Shown here: piece after piece, positions 9,221-19,064 of the stretch | How the letters are laid out: each line of letters begins with the position of its first letter | How positions within the stretch are numbered: the stretch's first letter is position 1 | DNA from: Pseudomonadota bacterium | GTDB taxonomy: Bacteria; Pseudomonadota; Gammaproteobacteria; Steroidobacterales; Rariloculaceae | NCBI GenBank assembly: GCA_036337035.1 | Contig: JAYZFC010000002.1 | Span: forward strand, 16,138 to 80,137 | Length of the DNA stretch: 64,000 nt | Reading direction: 5' to 3' | Position numbers and translations under genes: made by a program | Notes under the pieces: model-generated | Told to the model about the DNA's origin: nothing | What the model saw: the letters and a program-made list of their open reading frames with translations, nothing else | Database searches by the model: none

Positions 9221-10054
9221 ATGATTGAATTTGATGTTTCTGATTATACTAATATTAATCCTGCCCAATATGTAAATGAAAAAAGAAAACTACAAATAGA
9301 GCTACTCAAGCTACAAAAATGGGTGATTTCTCAAAAGAAAAATATAGCAATAGTTTTCGAAGGTCGTGATACAGCGGGTAAGACAGGAAGTATTTCAGTG
9401 CTGTCAAGATACCTAATTCCTTCAAATTTCAGGCTAGTCAAATTTGGTATACCAACAAAAAATGAATCAAGAAACTGGTTTAAGAGGTACGAGAATACAC
9501 TACCCAAAACAGGAGAAATAGTATTTTATGATAGATCTTGGTATACAAGAGCTCTTGTTGAAATTACCCTTGGATACTGTTCAAAATCTCAATATGCATA
9601 CTTTATGAAAAATGTTGTTGAGTGGGAAAAAAAATTAATAAATAAAGACACTACAATAATTAAGTTATATCTCTCGATTAATAAAGATATTCAACAAAAA
9701 AGATTTAAGAAAAGAATTTCTAGTCCTCTTGTTCACTGGAAAGTTAGTCAAACTGATATGAAAATGCTTAGAGAATGGGATTCTTTTACATTCTATAAGA
9801 ATGAAGTATTTAATAGAACTTCTCATAAAAAAGCTCCATGGATTATTTTAAATTCTAATATTAAAATGGTAGCAGTATTAAACGCTTTTAGATATGTCCT
9901 TGACCAATTTGATTACCCGAATAAAAAAATATCTACACCAAGGGCATGGTCAAAGAGTCTTAAAGCATATGAGCTTAAAGTTAACAATGTTTTATTTAGT
10001 AACCTTACATTTGAGCAATATCATGCTCTAAAAGGATTAGAAGATACAGTCTAA
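9221..10054 (+). CDS. ppk2: Polyphosphate kinase 2 family protein
   Basis: 277 aa. P-loop-like FEGRDTAGKTGSI plus PPK2 blocks FYDRSWYTRALVE and KAPWIILNSN. Confidence 0.85.
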   Translation: MIEFDVSDYTNINPAQYVNEKRKLQIELLKLQKWVISQKKNIAIVFEGRDTAGKTGSISVLSRYLIPSNFRLVKFGIPTKNESRNWFKRYENTLPKTGEIVFYDRSWYTRALVEITLGYCSKSQYAYFMKNVVEWEKKLINKDTTIIKLYLSINKDIQQKRFKKRISSPLVHWKVSQTDMKMLREWDSFTFYKNEVFNRTSHKKAPWIILNSNIKMVAVLNAFRYVLDQFDYPNKKISTPRAWSKSLKAYELKVNNVLFSNLTFEQYHALKGLEDTV

Positions 10055-10143
10055 TGACCTAAATAAGTTCATAATTATCAATTTTTATTGCTATTTAATC
10101 CTAAATTATGATCAAATCTAATCATTAATATGGAGAGAAGACA

Positions 10144-11208
10144 ATGTCAAATAGAAGAGAATTTATAAAAAAAATCAGTCATCTTGCAATAGGATTAAAC
10201 CTTCTTGCAGTAAGTTTTAACTTAATAGCTCAGCCTGAAAGGCTAGAGGTTACTCTAAATGGCAGCCGCATAAAAACAATAGATATTCATGCTCACCTTG
10301 TTGTTCCAGAAGTTGCGGACCTTCTTACTAATACAGTATTTAGCGAGATATCATTTGCTCCTTGGCAAGCACTGAGCTCTGACAGAATAGACCTAATGGA
10401 TGAAAGAGGTATTGATGTCCAGGCTCTTTCAATCAATAGATATTGGTGGTATGCAGCTGAACGTGACCTTGCTAGTAGAATTGTAAAGTTACACGACGAA
10501 CATTTAGCAAACTGGGTTAATCAACACCCTAATAGATTTGTTGCACTAAGTTCAGTTGCTCTTCAATACCCTGACCTTGCTGCACAACAATTAGAGTATG
10601 CTATGAATGAACTTGGCCATAAAGGAGCTTCAATAGGAGGACATGTGCTAGGCTCAAATCTTGCTGATCCAAAGTATGATGTATTTTGGGCTAAAGCAGA
10701 AGAATTGCAAGCACCTATCTTTATGCACCCGGATGGAGCTAAAAATGTTATTAAAGAAGGAAGTCTTTCTGGAAGAGGAGAATTAAATAATATAATCGGT
10801 AACCCCCTTGAAACAACTATATTTCTCTCACAGTTAATTTATGGTGGTGTCTTTGATCGGTTCCCTAACTTAAAAGTAGTAGCAGCTCATGGAGGTGGAT
10901 ATATGCCCTCTTACCTTGGTAGATCTGAAGTGGCTTGCCAAGTTAGGCCAAATGCTGACTGCTTAAATGAAAAAAATCCTAGCGACTATCTCAAAGAACA
11001 AATTTTTGTTGATACTATAGTTTTTGATCATGAAGGGTTAAGACATTTAGTAGCGACTGTAGGCTCTAGTCAAGTAGTGTACGGAACTGACGCTCCTTTC
11101 AATTGGCCAGATAGTATTGATACAGTAATGACTTCACCATCATTAAGCGACAGTGAGAAAGAAGCTATATTAGGCGGCAATTTGGGCAGATTATTGAAAA
11201 TAAAATAA
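10144..11208 (+). CDS. Tat-exported amidohydrolase_2 family enzyme (paralogue of 4716..5834)
   Basis: 354 aa. Leader MSNRREFIKKISHLAIGLNLLAVSFNLIAQ. Blocks IDIHAHL, FMHPDG, AHGGGYMPSY, VYGTDAP. Long colinear identity runs with 4716..5834 (e.g. RFVALSSVALQYPDLAAQQLEY vs RFVALTSVALQFPELAAEQLEY). Confidence 0.75.
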   Translation: MSNRREFIKKISHLAIGLNLLAVSFNLIAQPERLEVTLNGSRIKTIDIHAHLVVPEVADLLTNTVFSEISFAPWQALSSDRIDLMDERGIDVQALSINRYWWYAAERDLASRIVKLHDEHLANWVNQHPNRFVALSSVALQYPDLAAQQLEYAMNELGHKGASIGGHVLGSNLADPKYDVFWAKAEELQAPIFMHPDGAKNVIKEGSLSGRGELNNIIGNPLETTIFLSQLIYGGVFDRFPNLKVVAAHGGGYMPSYLGRSEVACQVRPNADCLNEKNPSDYLKEQIFVDTIVFDHEGLRHLVATVGSSQVVYGTDAPFNWPDSIDTVMTSPSLSDSEKEAILGGNLGRLLKIK

Positions 11209-11223
11209 ACTAGTTACATTCTT

Positions 11224-11967
11224 TTATTTATTTTTCTTTTTATTTAATATGGCATTAATAATATTCTGTGTGTTTTTCGTGCCTAAAAGATCTCTGAATT
11301 TTTGGTGTTCTCTTGCCATTCGGTCAGTAACAGATTCTTCTTCTGTGCAAAGCAACTTCTTAGTAAGGCATAAAGATTCTCTAGGTTTAGTAGTTAATAA
11401 GTTTGCTAAATTATTAACTTCATCTAATAAATTCTTTTCAGGACATATCTTAGAAATAAAGCCCATCTCTAGAGCTTCCTCTGAATAAAAAGGCTTTCCA
11501 AGCATTAATAACTCTGAAGCTTTTTTGTGACCAACTAATTTCGGAAGAAGTAAAGAAGCAGCAGCTTCAGGAACCAAACCAAGATCAATAAACGGAAAGC
11601 TAAAATAAGTATCTGGTGAAGAGTAAACAAAATCACAATGCAATAGCATTGTGGCACCAATACCAACAGCAACACCATTTACCGCAGCAACTATAGGTAA
11701 ACTTGAACTACTAATTGATTCAAGAAAGTTAATAACTGAGGGATTATAAGGGTCATTAATAAAGTCAAATAAATCATTACCTGAAGAAAAACTTCCTCCT
11801 GAGCCAGATAAAATAATAACACTCACTGATAAATCTGATTCAGCTTTGCTAATTTCATTAGAAGCAAAGTGATACATATCAGAAGTTAAGGCATTCTTCT
11901 TATCTGGATTATTAAATATAATACTTAATTTACCCTCTTCTTTTTTTAGAACGATCTTATCTGTCAT
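11224..11967 (-). CDS. Enoyl-CoA hydratase/isomerase (crotonase) family protein
   Basis: 247 aa. Crotonase blocks SGSGGSFSSGNDL, AAVNGVAVGIGATMLLHCDF, FPFIDLGLVPEAAAS. Confidence 0.8.
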   Translation of the reverse strand: MTDKIVLKKEEGKLSIIFNNPDKKNALTSDMYHFASNEISKAESDLSVSVIILSGSGGSFSSGNDLFDFINDPYNPSVINFLESISSSSLPIVAAVNGVAVGIGATMLLHCDFVYSSPDTYFSFPFIDLGLVPEAAASLLLPKLVGHKKASELLMLGKPFYSEEALEMGFISKICPEKNLLDEVNNLANLLTTKPRESLCLTKKLLCTEEESVTDRMAREHQKFRDLLGTKNTQNIINAILNKKKNK

Positions 11968-12075
11968 AAATAATTTTATTATTGATCTGTTATAATATTA
12001 GCTTTAATGTAATAGTACTGATTTTTTAATAAAAAAGATAATTTTGTTTATAATGTTTTTCTAGGTAACACAATT

Positions 12076-13686
12076 ATGATTTTAAAATTGAAGAAATTTT
12101 TTTTTGTTATTTCGCTTACATTTATAGCAATCTTATCTAGTCAGCTTTCATATCAAAAAGAAAATTATCCTGAAAATATAATTATTGGAAAACCAACTAA
12201 TAATTCAATAACGATTAGTATAATGGCTGAAGAAAACACAGCGATCTATATCGATTATGGCCTTGATAAAAGAAACTACACTAATAAAACAGAAATTATA
12301 CATTCCTCAAAAGATCAAACTTCGATATTTAATATAGATAATCTTATACCTAATACTAAATACTATTATAGTGTTAACTATAAAAACTTAGATAATGAAA
12401 AATTTTATGCTGGAGATATAAACTCTTTCTGGACTCAAAGATCTTTAGGCAGTTCATTTACTTTTGGAGTTCAAGGAGACTCCCACCCAGAAAGGCTTTG
12501 TGATGAATCTGGTTGGGGCACGAGTGTATCTGAGAGTCAAAGAATCTCAGGGGAAAGAAGAGGATGTATGTATGATCCAGAATTATATAGAAAAACCTTA
12601 GAAATGGTTGATGAAGACCGTCCAGATCTTTACTTTATGCTTGGCGATGATTTTAGCATTTCTGGATTATTACCAAATTATTTTCAAGGTGATGATAGTG
12701 GGTTCAGTCAAAGTATCGTTGATGATATTTATATTAATCAAAGAAATTTTCTTGGATTAATGGCAAATTCAACGGCACTCTTTCCTATAAATGGAAACCA
12801 TGAAGAGGCTAGGCTATCATTATTAAATACACCACTTCATAATTCTTCAATTTTTGCTGGTAATGCTAGAAAACGATATTTTCCTGTACCAATTCCAAAT
12901 ACATTTTATTCTGGCAATGAAAAACCTATTGAAGGAATCGGCCTACTAGGTGATTATTTTTCATTTACCTGGGGAGATGCATTATTTATATCAATTGACC
13001 CCTACTGGCATTCTCCTAGGATTGCTAAATCAATCGGAAGAATGGGTTCTGGTACTAATCCAGGATCTAGCACTGGTGGTATGAATGCTGGTACAGCAAA
13101 GGAGGATTATAAAATAAAATCATGGAATGAGGTAGAACAGGACTGGATAAGACTAACTCAATCCAGTGGAAATTTCTGGGAGGCAACGATAGGAGATGCT
13201 CAGTATCAATTTTTAAAAAAAACCCTAGAAGAAAGTGATGCAAAATATAAATTTATCTTTACACATCATATTTTTGGGACTGGCCGTGGAGGCATAGAAT
13301 TAGCAACTAAATACGAGTGGGGGGGATATAATAATCAAGGTAAATGGGAGTTTGACCAAAAACGCCCTTCATGGGAGCTTCCAATTCATCAATTACTGGT
13401 AAAACATGATGTTTCAATTGTCTTTCAAGGGCATGATCATTTATTTGCTAAACAAGAACTTGATGGAATTATATATCAATCAGTTCCAAACCCCGCTGAC
13501 CCCGCATATCAAGAAATCAACTTCCAAGCTTATAAAACAGGAGATCTTTTACCAGGTTCAGGATATCTAAATGTAGAAGTTTCTCCTGAAAATGTTAAAG
13601 TAACTTATAAAAGATCATATTTAGATAAAGATGAAACAGACAGTGCAATGCATGGTCAAATCGATTATCAATATACAATAAACTAA
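12076..13686 (+). CDS. Secreted metallophosphoesterase (purple-acid-phosphatase-like)
   Basis: 536 aa with an N-terminal hydrophobic leader. Calcineurin-like motif series GVQGDSHPE (GDxH), MLGDDFS (GDD), NGNHE, FTHH, QGHDH. The N-terminal beta-sandwich-like segment ends TKYYYSV. Confidence 0.8.
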   Translation: MILKLKKFFFVISLTFIAILSSQLSYQKENYPENIIIGKPTNNSITISIMAEENTAIYIDYGLDKRNYTNKTEIIHSSKDQTSIFNIDNLIPNTKYYYSVNYKNLDNEKFYAGDINSFWTQRSLGSSFTFGVQGDSHPERLCDESGWGTSVSESQRISGERRGCMYDPELYRKTLEMVDEDRPDLYFMLGDDFSISGLLPNYFQGDDSGFSQSIVDDIYINQRNFLGLMANSTALFPINGNHEEARLSLLNTPLHNSSIFAGNARKRYFPVPIPNTFYSGNEKPIEGIGLLGDYFSFTWGDALFISIDPYWHSPRIAKSIGRMGSGTNPGSSTGGMNAGTAKEDYKIKSWNEVEQDWIRLTQSSGNFWEATIGDAQYQFLKKTLEESDAKYKFIFTHHIFGTGRGGIELATKYEWGGYNNQGKWEFDQKRPSWELPIHQLLVKHDVSIVFQGHDHLFAKQELDGIIYQSVPNPADPAYQEINFQAYKTGDLLPGSGYLNVEVSPENVKVTYKRSYLDKDETDSAMHGQIDYQYTIN

Positions 13687-13706
13687 TTAATAAGGATTAA
13701 AACATT

Positions 13707-15131
13707 ATGAAAAGTTATAAAAATATTTTATCAATTATTTTGTCAGCTCTATTTTTAATTCCCCTGCTTGCTAAAAGCGGTCCTCAAGATGGAGCATTCC
13801 TTAGAACTGCTCAAATACTTGATGAGCCGAGAGGCTATTGTCTAGATATAGCTGGGTATGGTGAAACCATTCGAACTGAAGCAGCTTTAAGGTTTCATAC
13901 ATGTAAATATAAAGAACTAAATACAGATCAATATTTTGGACTTGGTTCATCAGATCAACAAATCTACGTACCTGCATATGACATCTGCCTTCATGCAACT
14001 AGTATCTCAGAAGGCTCTGAGTTATTTACTCAACCTTGTTCATCGATAGATAATCAAATATGGGATATATTTCCAAATGGTTTTATTAGTCCTGCATCTA
14101 ATCATAATTTATGCATAACAGCAGGAGCTGAATCTCGTAATGTTGGAACTTCTGGTGGTGACTGGTTAATTGATAATTATAGAGCTCGATCTGCTACTCT
14201 TGAGATCTGTGAGAATAACTCTGATTTCCAAGAGCTGCGTTGGGGGTATGATGCTGAACAGGAAAGAAGTTTTACAAACACAATTAGGTTAGGGGTGCCT
14301 GATGATATACAAGATTTAATTAATGAAGGGCCGCCCATGAATCGACCATTAAATGATGTGCTCCAAGGCCTTGAAAGAACCTATACTCCAGACGAATTAG
14401 AGATTACAGAAAATATTGCTTATGGGCCTAAAGAAAGAAATTTACTCAATGTTTATAGAGATTTATATCGAACAAATCGAGAGCCAGTTCCAGTCGTTAT
14501 CTATTTTCATGGTGGTGGCTTTGCAAGAGGTGGATTTGAAACTGCTCCAAATGTTCCTGCATATTTTGCAAGCCTAGGTATGGTCGGAGTCAATGCTACC
14601 TATAGTCTTATACCTGAAGCTAGATGGCCTGATGGGGCTGTTGATGTTGGAGCAGCAGTAAGTTGGGTTAGAGAAAATATTTCTGAATATGGTGGGGATC
14701 CAGAGCAAATTTATGTTATAGGATCATCTGCTGGAGCTCATAATGTCGCAACATATGTGTTTAGACCAGACGTGCTTCCAATAGGTACTCCTGAAGTAGC
14801 TGGTGCAATCCTAATATCTGGAATTTATTCATCTCCCCCGGGAGATGAATTACTATATTTTAGTGATACTATTGGTGATGAAGCTGCTATTATAAATAAT
14901 ATCAAAAGAACTAGCATTCCAACACTCATTGCTATAGCTGATAATGATATCCCTAGGGCAACGAATGACTTCACAAGCATAATTCACGATCTTAATATTA
15001 ATCACGGACATCTGCCTTCATTAATTCTAGTACAAGGACATAATCATACATCCTATACAAGAACGATAGGAACCGCTGATAAATACATGAGTGCTGAAAT
15101 ACTTGATTTTATTCTTAATAATAAAAATTAA
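13707..15131 (+). CDS. Secreted ricin-type lectin domain plus alpha/beta-hydrolase (esterase/lipase, HGGG type)
   Basis: 474 aa with a signal peptide. The N-terminal half has repeated C-containing trefoil-like blocks (YCLDIAG, ICLHATS, LCITAGA) and a Q-x-W (NQIWDI). The C-terminal half has the oxyanion motif YFHGGGF and nucleophile elbow GSSAGAH. Confidence 0.7.
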   Translation: MKSYKNILSIILSALFLIPLLAKSGPQDGAFLRTAQILDEPRGYCLDIAGYGETIRTEAALRFHTCKYKELNTDQYFGLGSSDQQIYVPAYDICLHATSISEGSELFTQPCSSIDNQIWDIFPNGFISPASNHNLCITAGAESRNVGTSGGDWLIDNYRARSATLEICENNSDFQELRWGYDAEQERSFTNTIRLGVPDDIQDLINEGPPMNRPLNDVLQGLERTYTPDELEITENIAYGPKERNLLNVYRDLYRTNREPVPVVIYFHGGGFARGGFETAPNVPAYFASLGMVGVNATYSLIPEARWPDGAVDVGAAVSWVRENISEYGGDPEQIYVIGSSAGAHNVATYVFRPDVLPIGTPEVAGAILISGIYSSPPGDELLYFSDTIGDEAAIINNIKRTSIPTLIAIADNDIPRATNDFTSIIHDLNINHGHLPSLILVQGHNHTSYTRTIGTADKYMSAEILDFILNNKN

Positions 15132-15511
15132 GTTAGTAGACTTCTAGTCTTTCTATAGCGCCATAGTGCTATTAGAAAGACTAGAAGCTCAGCTAAAATA
15201 ACAATCCATAAAGTGTTACTTGGAGCACCATCCGCAATAATGCTAATAACTCTTCCGAAAAGATAACTACCACACATAAAAATATAAATTAAATAAGTTA
15301 ATGGAATTAAATTTCTTTTAAATAGTGATACAAAAGAAAGCAGTCCAATAAAACAAAAAAAGCTATAGTTTGCTCTGATTTCGCTAAGAGATATTAATTC
15401 ATTTAGGCTAAATCCAACTAAAGAAGCTGCAGATAATGGGTCAATTAAACCTAATAATCCAAAACCTAGATATTCTATCCCAAAAATTATTAATATAAAC
15501 TTATCTATCAT
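15128..15511 (-). CDS. Small polytopic membrane protein (DUF4345-like, tentative)
   Basis: 127 aa with four hydrophobic segments. Its stop overlaps the convergent gene stop (TTAA at 15128-15131). Confidence 0.45.
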   Translation of the reverse strand: MIDKFILIIFGIEYLGFGLLGLIDPLSAASLVGFSLNELISLSEIRANYSFFCFIGLLSFVSLFKRNLIPLTYLIYIFMCGSYLFGRVISIIADGAPSNTLWIVILAELLVFLIALWRYRKTRSLLT

Positions 15512-15538
15512 TCCAGCTTAAAACCTCATAGGAGTTGA

Positions 15539-16132
15539 TTATATTTGGGGAATAAGTAAGCCATAATGAAGCCTTAGAGTCTTAACCTTACCAAACCATG
15601 GAATAGTAACAATATAAATATTATCAAACTCATCTCTCTCAATTATTGGGATATTTTTACTGCCATGTAATTCAACTATTAAATCCGAAATAATATCGCT
15701 ATGAGTTACTACTAGAATTATTTTTCCTTTATGCTGGCTTAATATTTCTCTCATGAAATCATCTACTTCGTATGGATTTCTGCTAATTGGAGAAATATCT
15801 AATCTAGAAGCTAAAGGTTCAGCTGTCTGAATTGTTCTTGCAGTTTCATCGACATAAATTTCATCAACACTCGCTATAACATCGATATCTTGAAGGACAT
15901 TAGCTAGCAAGATAGATCTTTCTATTCCCAATATACTGAGCGATGGATCAGAATTTTCCTCTAGACTTATCTGTGTATCAGCATGTTTAACAAAAATAAT
16001 AGTTGTTGTAGCTTGGGACTCGAGAAACCATGCTAGCGAAACACTCAATACAACAAAGAAAAGTATTGGCAGCAAGCGGAATCTTAATCTTCTTTTATTC
16101 TTGTTAGGTTTAATATTTTTTAAATCAGGCAA
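15539..16132 (-). CDS. Membrane-anchored histidine-phosphatase-superfamily protein (variant catalytic motif)
   Basis: 197 aa. Basic N-terminus plus one TM segment. IFVKHADT sits at the position of the RHG/RHA motif (Arg to Lys), and the C-terminal VVTHSDII block is typical of the fold. Confidence 0.5.
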   Translation of the reverse strand: MPDLKNIKPNKNKRRLRFRLLPILFFVVLSVSLAWFLESQATTTIIFVKHADTQISLEENSDPSLSILGIERSILLANVLQDIDVIASVDEIYVDETARTIQTAEPLASRLDISPISRNPYEVDDFMREILSQHKGKIILVVTHSDIISDLIVELHGSKNIPIIERDEFDNIYIVTIPWFGKVKTLRLHYGLLIPQI

Positions 16133-16156
16133 CTCTAGTTTTATCCATTATATAAA

Positions 16157-16444
16157 TTAATCTTCAGAATTTTCATCTACTATACTATATTCACCATCTA
16201 TTATCCTATCTGAAGAATTTTTATCTTTATTATGATGTTTATTTTTAGAATTTCTTATGCTTCGATTTCTAAAAAAGAAGAATAAAGATAGAAAACTAGC
16301 CAGTACTATAAATAACAGAAAAATGATAGCGCCCAGAAAAAATGTTGCAATAAAAGATACGATAACTAATAGAAAAAAAAACAATCTAATTAATGGATTG
16401 TTAGATGATCGTAATTTAAAATAATGCCTATTATTAAAAAACAT
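16157..16444 (-). CDS. Small membrane protein, unknown function
   Basis: 95 aa. Two Phe/Leu-rich hydrophobic segments followed by a basic then acidic tail. No recognisable motif. Confidence 0.4.
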   Translation of the reverse strand: MFFNNRHYFKLRSSNNPLIRLFFFLLVIVSFIATFFLGAIIFLLFIVLASFLSLFFFFRNRSIRNSKNKHHNKDKNSSDRIIDGEYSIVDENSED

Positions 16445-16522
16445 ATTTTTCCTAATATTTTAATGTTAATCTTAATACTAACGAATAAGTTTGCCTAGCA
16501 ATGTCTTTAAATAATTTTTCTA

Positions 16523-16612
16523 GGAGAGGTGGCAGAGCGGTCGAATGCGGCGGTCTTGAAAACCGTTGTCCGTTTGCGCGGACCGGGGGTTCGAATCCCT
16601 CCCTCTCCGCCA
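16523..16612 (+). tRNA. tRNA-Ser (anticodon UGA)
   Basis: GGAGAGG...CCTCTCC acceptor stem with encoded GCCA end. Anticodon arm GCGGT-CTTGAAA-ACCGT gives UGA. Long variable arm TGTCCGTTTGCGCGGACCG and T-arm GGGGGTTCGAATCCCTC. 90 nt. Confidence 0.9.
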
Positions 16613-16628
16613 GTTTTATAATAACTCT

Positions 16629-17072
16629 ATGAAATTAATTTTTTTAATACCCATATTTTTCTTTCTAATTAATACAAGTAAATCTGATGATAGCTTAAGT
16701 AGTTTTTTATGGAAAAATAGGCTTCTTCTTATTTTTTTAGATAATGAAGATACAGAAACTGTAGAATCTATATCTAGTAGTTTAAATAAATTAAGTTGTG
16801 ATTTGAACGATAGAGATATGTTAATTGGATGGTTTACTAATGAAAAACAGGAAATTAACAATATCCAAATAAATGATAATGAAATAAAAAATATCAAAAC
16901 ACGAGCAAAAATAAACAGCAATACTACAACTGTATTACTTATTGGTAAGGATGGAGGAATTAAGGCTAGGTACAATAATATGCCTGATCTAAAAGAGATA
17001 TTTTCATTAATTGATAGAATGCCTATGAGAAGATCTGAAATGAAAAAAAATAAGACTTTTTGTTCCTCTTAA
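16629..17072 (+). CDS. Secreted DUF4174-like protein (tentative)
   Basis: The track ORF starts at 16566 inside the tRNA, so I use ATG 16629 (MKLIFLIPIFFFLINTSKS signal). The WKNRLLLIF...DRDMLIGWF pattern resembles DUF4174 as I recall it. Confidence 0.5.
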   Translation: MKLIFLIPIFFFLINTSKSDDSLSSFLWKNRLLLIFLDNEDTETVESISSSLNKLSCDLNDRDMLIGWFTNEKQEINNIQINDNEIKNIKTRAKINSNTTTVLLIGKDGGIKARYNNMPDLKEIFSLIDRMPMRRSEMKKNKTFCSS

Positions 17073-17087
17073 AAAATAAAATAACTT

Positions 17088-19064
17088 TTATCTCCAATAT
17101 TTTTCAGCAGAAATCATCAAATAATCTAAATCTTCTTCAAGAATAAACCTTTTATCAATTAACTGTTCGCTATAATCTTTAAAAAGTCTCAAGTAGTGAT
17201 CCAAGTTATCGTACCTTTCTTCCAATGATAGTCTGGCATCTCCATTGTCTAAACGCTCAACTCTAGTTCTACTAAACGGAAGAACAAAACCTAAGCCTCC
17301 TTTTGGGCTATTTGGATACCATCCAGTGAAAGTTCCTATAGGTACAGAGATAAAGGGTGATTTTAAACCTCCTAATTCATTACCATCTATATCTACCTGA
17401 GGAATAAGAAAAGGCAAGGTTGATAATATTTGTGGCGGCTCAATTGTAATTACACCATTATGATTAAATGAAGTGCCATAATTAAGCTGATATCCTCTAC
17501 TAATATCTACTGGAACACTTAAATTTTTTAAAATTGGAAAATCTAATTCTTCTAATCTTACTAAGGTATTATCTAGTAACTTAGGATAGACAGAGCTAGG
17601 AGGCGAAGTATCTTTCTGAACCCAATCTGTCATAGCTATTAGCAAGCCTCTAAGAAACCATCGATAATTATTTGGATTACCTCGATTTATAGCGTGATAA
17701 TTTATAGAATCAAAACTTGATGGTACATGCTGCGTACCAGAAAAATGATATATCCTTGAATTTTTTAGATGATTAATATCTTTATCGCCATTAACGTTAG
17801 TATGTATTAAAGCAGCAGGACGCCTCCAATACTCAGTAGATGAATTAGTAAAAAATATTTTAGGGGAACCAGACTTACTATCATCGATAAGAGAGTCCTC
17901 CTTACCATCTAATGGATTAATCTGCTTAATATCAGAAAATGGAAAATGCGTACCTGGATAAAGATAACTTACATCTGTTGCTCTTGATGGCTGAGCGAAT
18001 CTGTGATTAAAGCTACCTCTAGAGCTCGCTCCTAAGTGAACCATCAAACCATCAAAAACTAATCTCCCTTTAATATCTAAATTAAAACCATCGTAAAGAA
18101 AAGTTCTTAATAACCTTCCACTTTGAGAAGAGCCAAAAGATATAGCCTGACTTACAGATGCTGGAAATATTTCATCAGTTTTATTATCATACTTTATGAA
18201 AGAAACTAGATCCCTAATTGAGGCTAAACCTAATCCTGCTACTGATGAATTTCCAGAATAATAAACTACCTCATAAACTCTATTAGGAGAAAATCCATCT
18301 TCTTTATAAATGTAATTTGGGTCACTAATAAAAATATTATCTTCAAGGTATCCAAATTTCCAAAGAGATTTATCGATAGCTACTCTTTCTCCATCTACAG
18401 GTTCTCTCTCTGTAAGAATATTTCTTTCATCATTAATATCTAAAACTGAATAAGGTATATGGCCCCTATCCCCCAATGAGTGAGAATAGCTCAATTCTTG
18501 AACCTGAAAGTCACTCCTAACTATTCCTTCAACAATGCCATTATCACTAGAAAGATTAGGTACATATGCCTTCAATAATATGTCTGACTTAGGTACATCA
18601 AATTGCCATCCCAAGAATAGAAGCGTATATCCACGATTTATAAGAAAATCTATACCAGTAGAATTATCATTCGGAACATCAAAATATGCTGATAAAGTTT
18701 TTTTTCCACGGTTTAAAATATCTACTAATAAAATACCATTTGATTTAGAGCTATCTTTTGGCCTCAATAAATGAAAATCTGATGAAAAAGTAACCGTATT
18801 TTTCTCTATTAAATTTATAGAAGCACGATCAATATCAACAATTAAGCTATTTTCTGATAGAGTAGGATCTAACTCAAAAAAAACCTTTCCTTCTATTAGC
18901 TCATAATTTATTTTTGATATGCCTTCATCCAAAACAGTATCAGTATAATCATATCTTTTATCTATACTAAAGCTAGCAACTTCGGCAAATATTTGTAATG
19001 AGAAAAATAGAGTAATAAAAAATAGACATACCAGTTTAAAAAAAATCATATTTTTATAATTCAC
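17088..19064 (-). CDS. Secreted uncharacterised protein, alpha/beta-hydrolase-like (tentative); paralogue of 2632..4698
   Basis: 658 aa with a signal peptide ending LQIFA/E. GTG 19064 overlaps the TGA of the upstream sulfatase (GTGA); the alternative ATG at 19049 is only 11 nt downstream of that stop. Shared blocks with 2632..4698 are listed there. Confidence 0.6.
   Translation of the reverse strand: MNYKNMIFFKLVCLFFITLFFSLQIFAEVASFSIDKRYDYTDTVLDEGISKINYELIEGKVFFELDPTLSENSLIVDIDRASINLIEKNTVTFSSDFHLLRPKDSSKSNGILLVDILNRGKKTLSAYFDVPNDNSTGIDFLINRGYTLLFLGWQFDVPKSDILLKAYVPNLSSDNGIVEGIVRSDFQVQELSYSHSLGDRGHIPYSVLDINDERNILTEREPVDGERVAIDKSLWKFGYLEDNIFISDPNYIYKEDGFSPNRVYEVVYYSGNSSVAGLGLASIRDLVSFIKYDNKTDEIFPASVSQAISFGSSQSGRLLRTFLYDGFNLDIKGRLVFDGLMVHLGASSRGSFNHRFAQPSRATDVSYLYPGTHFPFSDIKQINPLDGKEDSLIDDSKSGSPKIFFTNSSTEYWRRPAALIHTNVNGDKDINHLKNSRIYHFSGTQHVPSSFDSINYHAINRGNPNNYRWFLRGLLIAMTDWVQKDTSPPSSVYPKLLDNTLVRLEELDFPILKNLSVPVDISRGYQLNYGTSFNHNGVITIEPPQILSTLPFLIPQVDIDGNELGGLKSPFISVPIGTFTGWYPNSPKGGLGFVLPFSRTRVERLDNGDARLSLEERYDNLDHYLRLFKDYSEQLIDKRFILEEDLDYLMISAEKYWR

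Noticed and set aside
11961-11996. Pho-box-like heptamers CTGTCAT and CTGTTAT upstream of the metallophosphoesterase gene
   Set aside because: The two heptamers are 26 nt apart rather than on the 11-nt spacing of Pho boxes. The first one contains the start codon of the divergent enoyl-CoA hydratase gene, and neither has a proper second half-site.
16566-16628. N-terminal extension of the 16566..17072 ORF (MSVCADRGFESLPLRQFYNNS...)
   Set aside because: The extension is the translation of the 3' half of tRNA-Ser. The internal ATG at 16629 begins a normal signal peptide.
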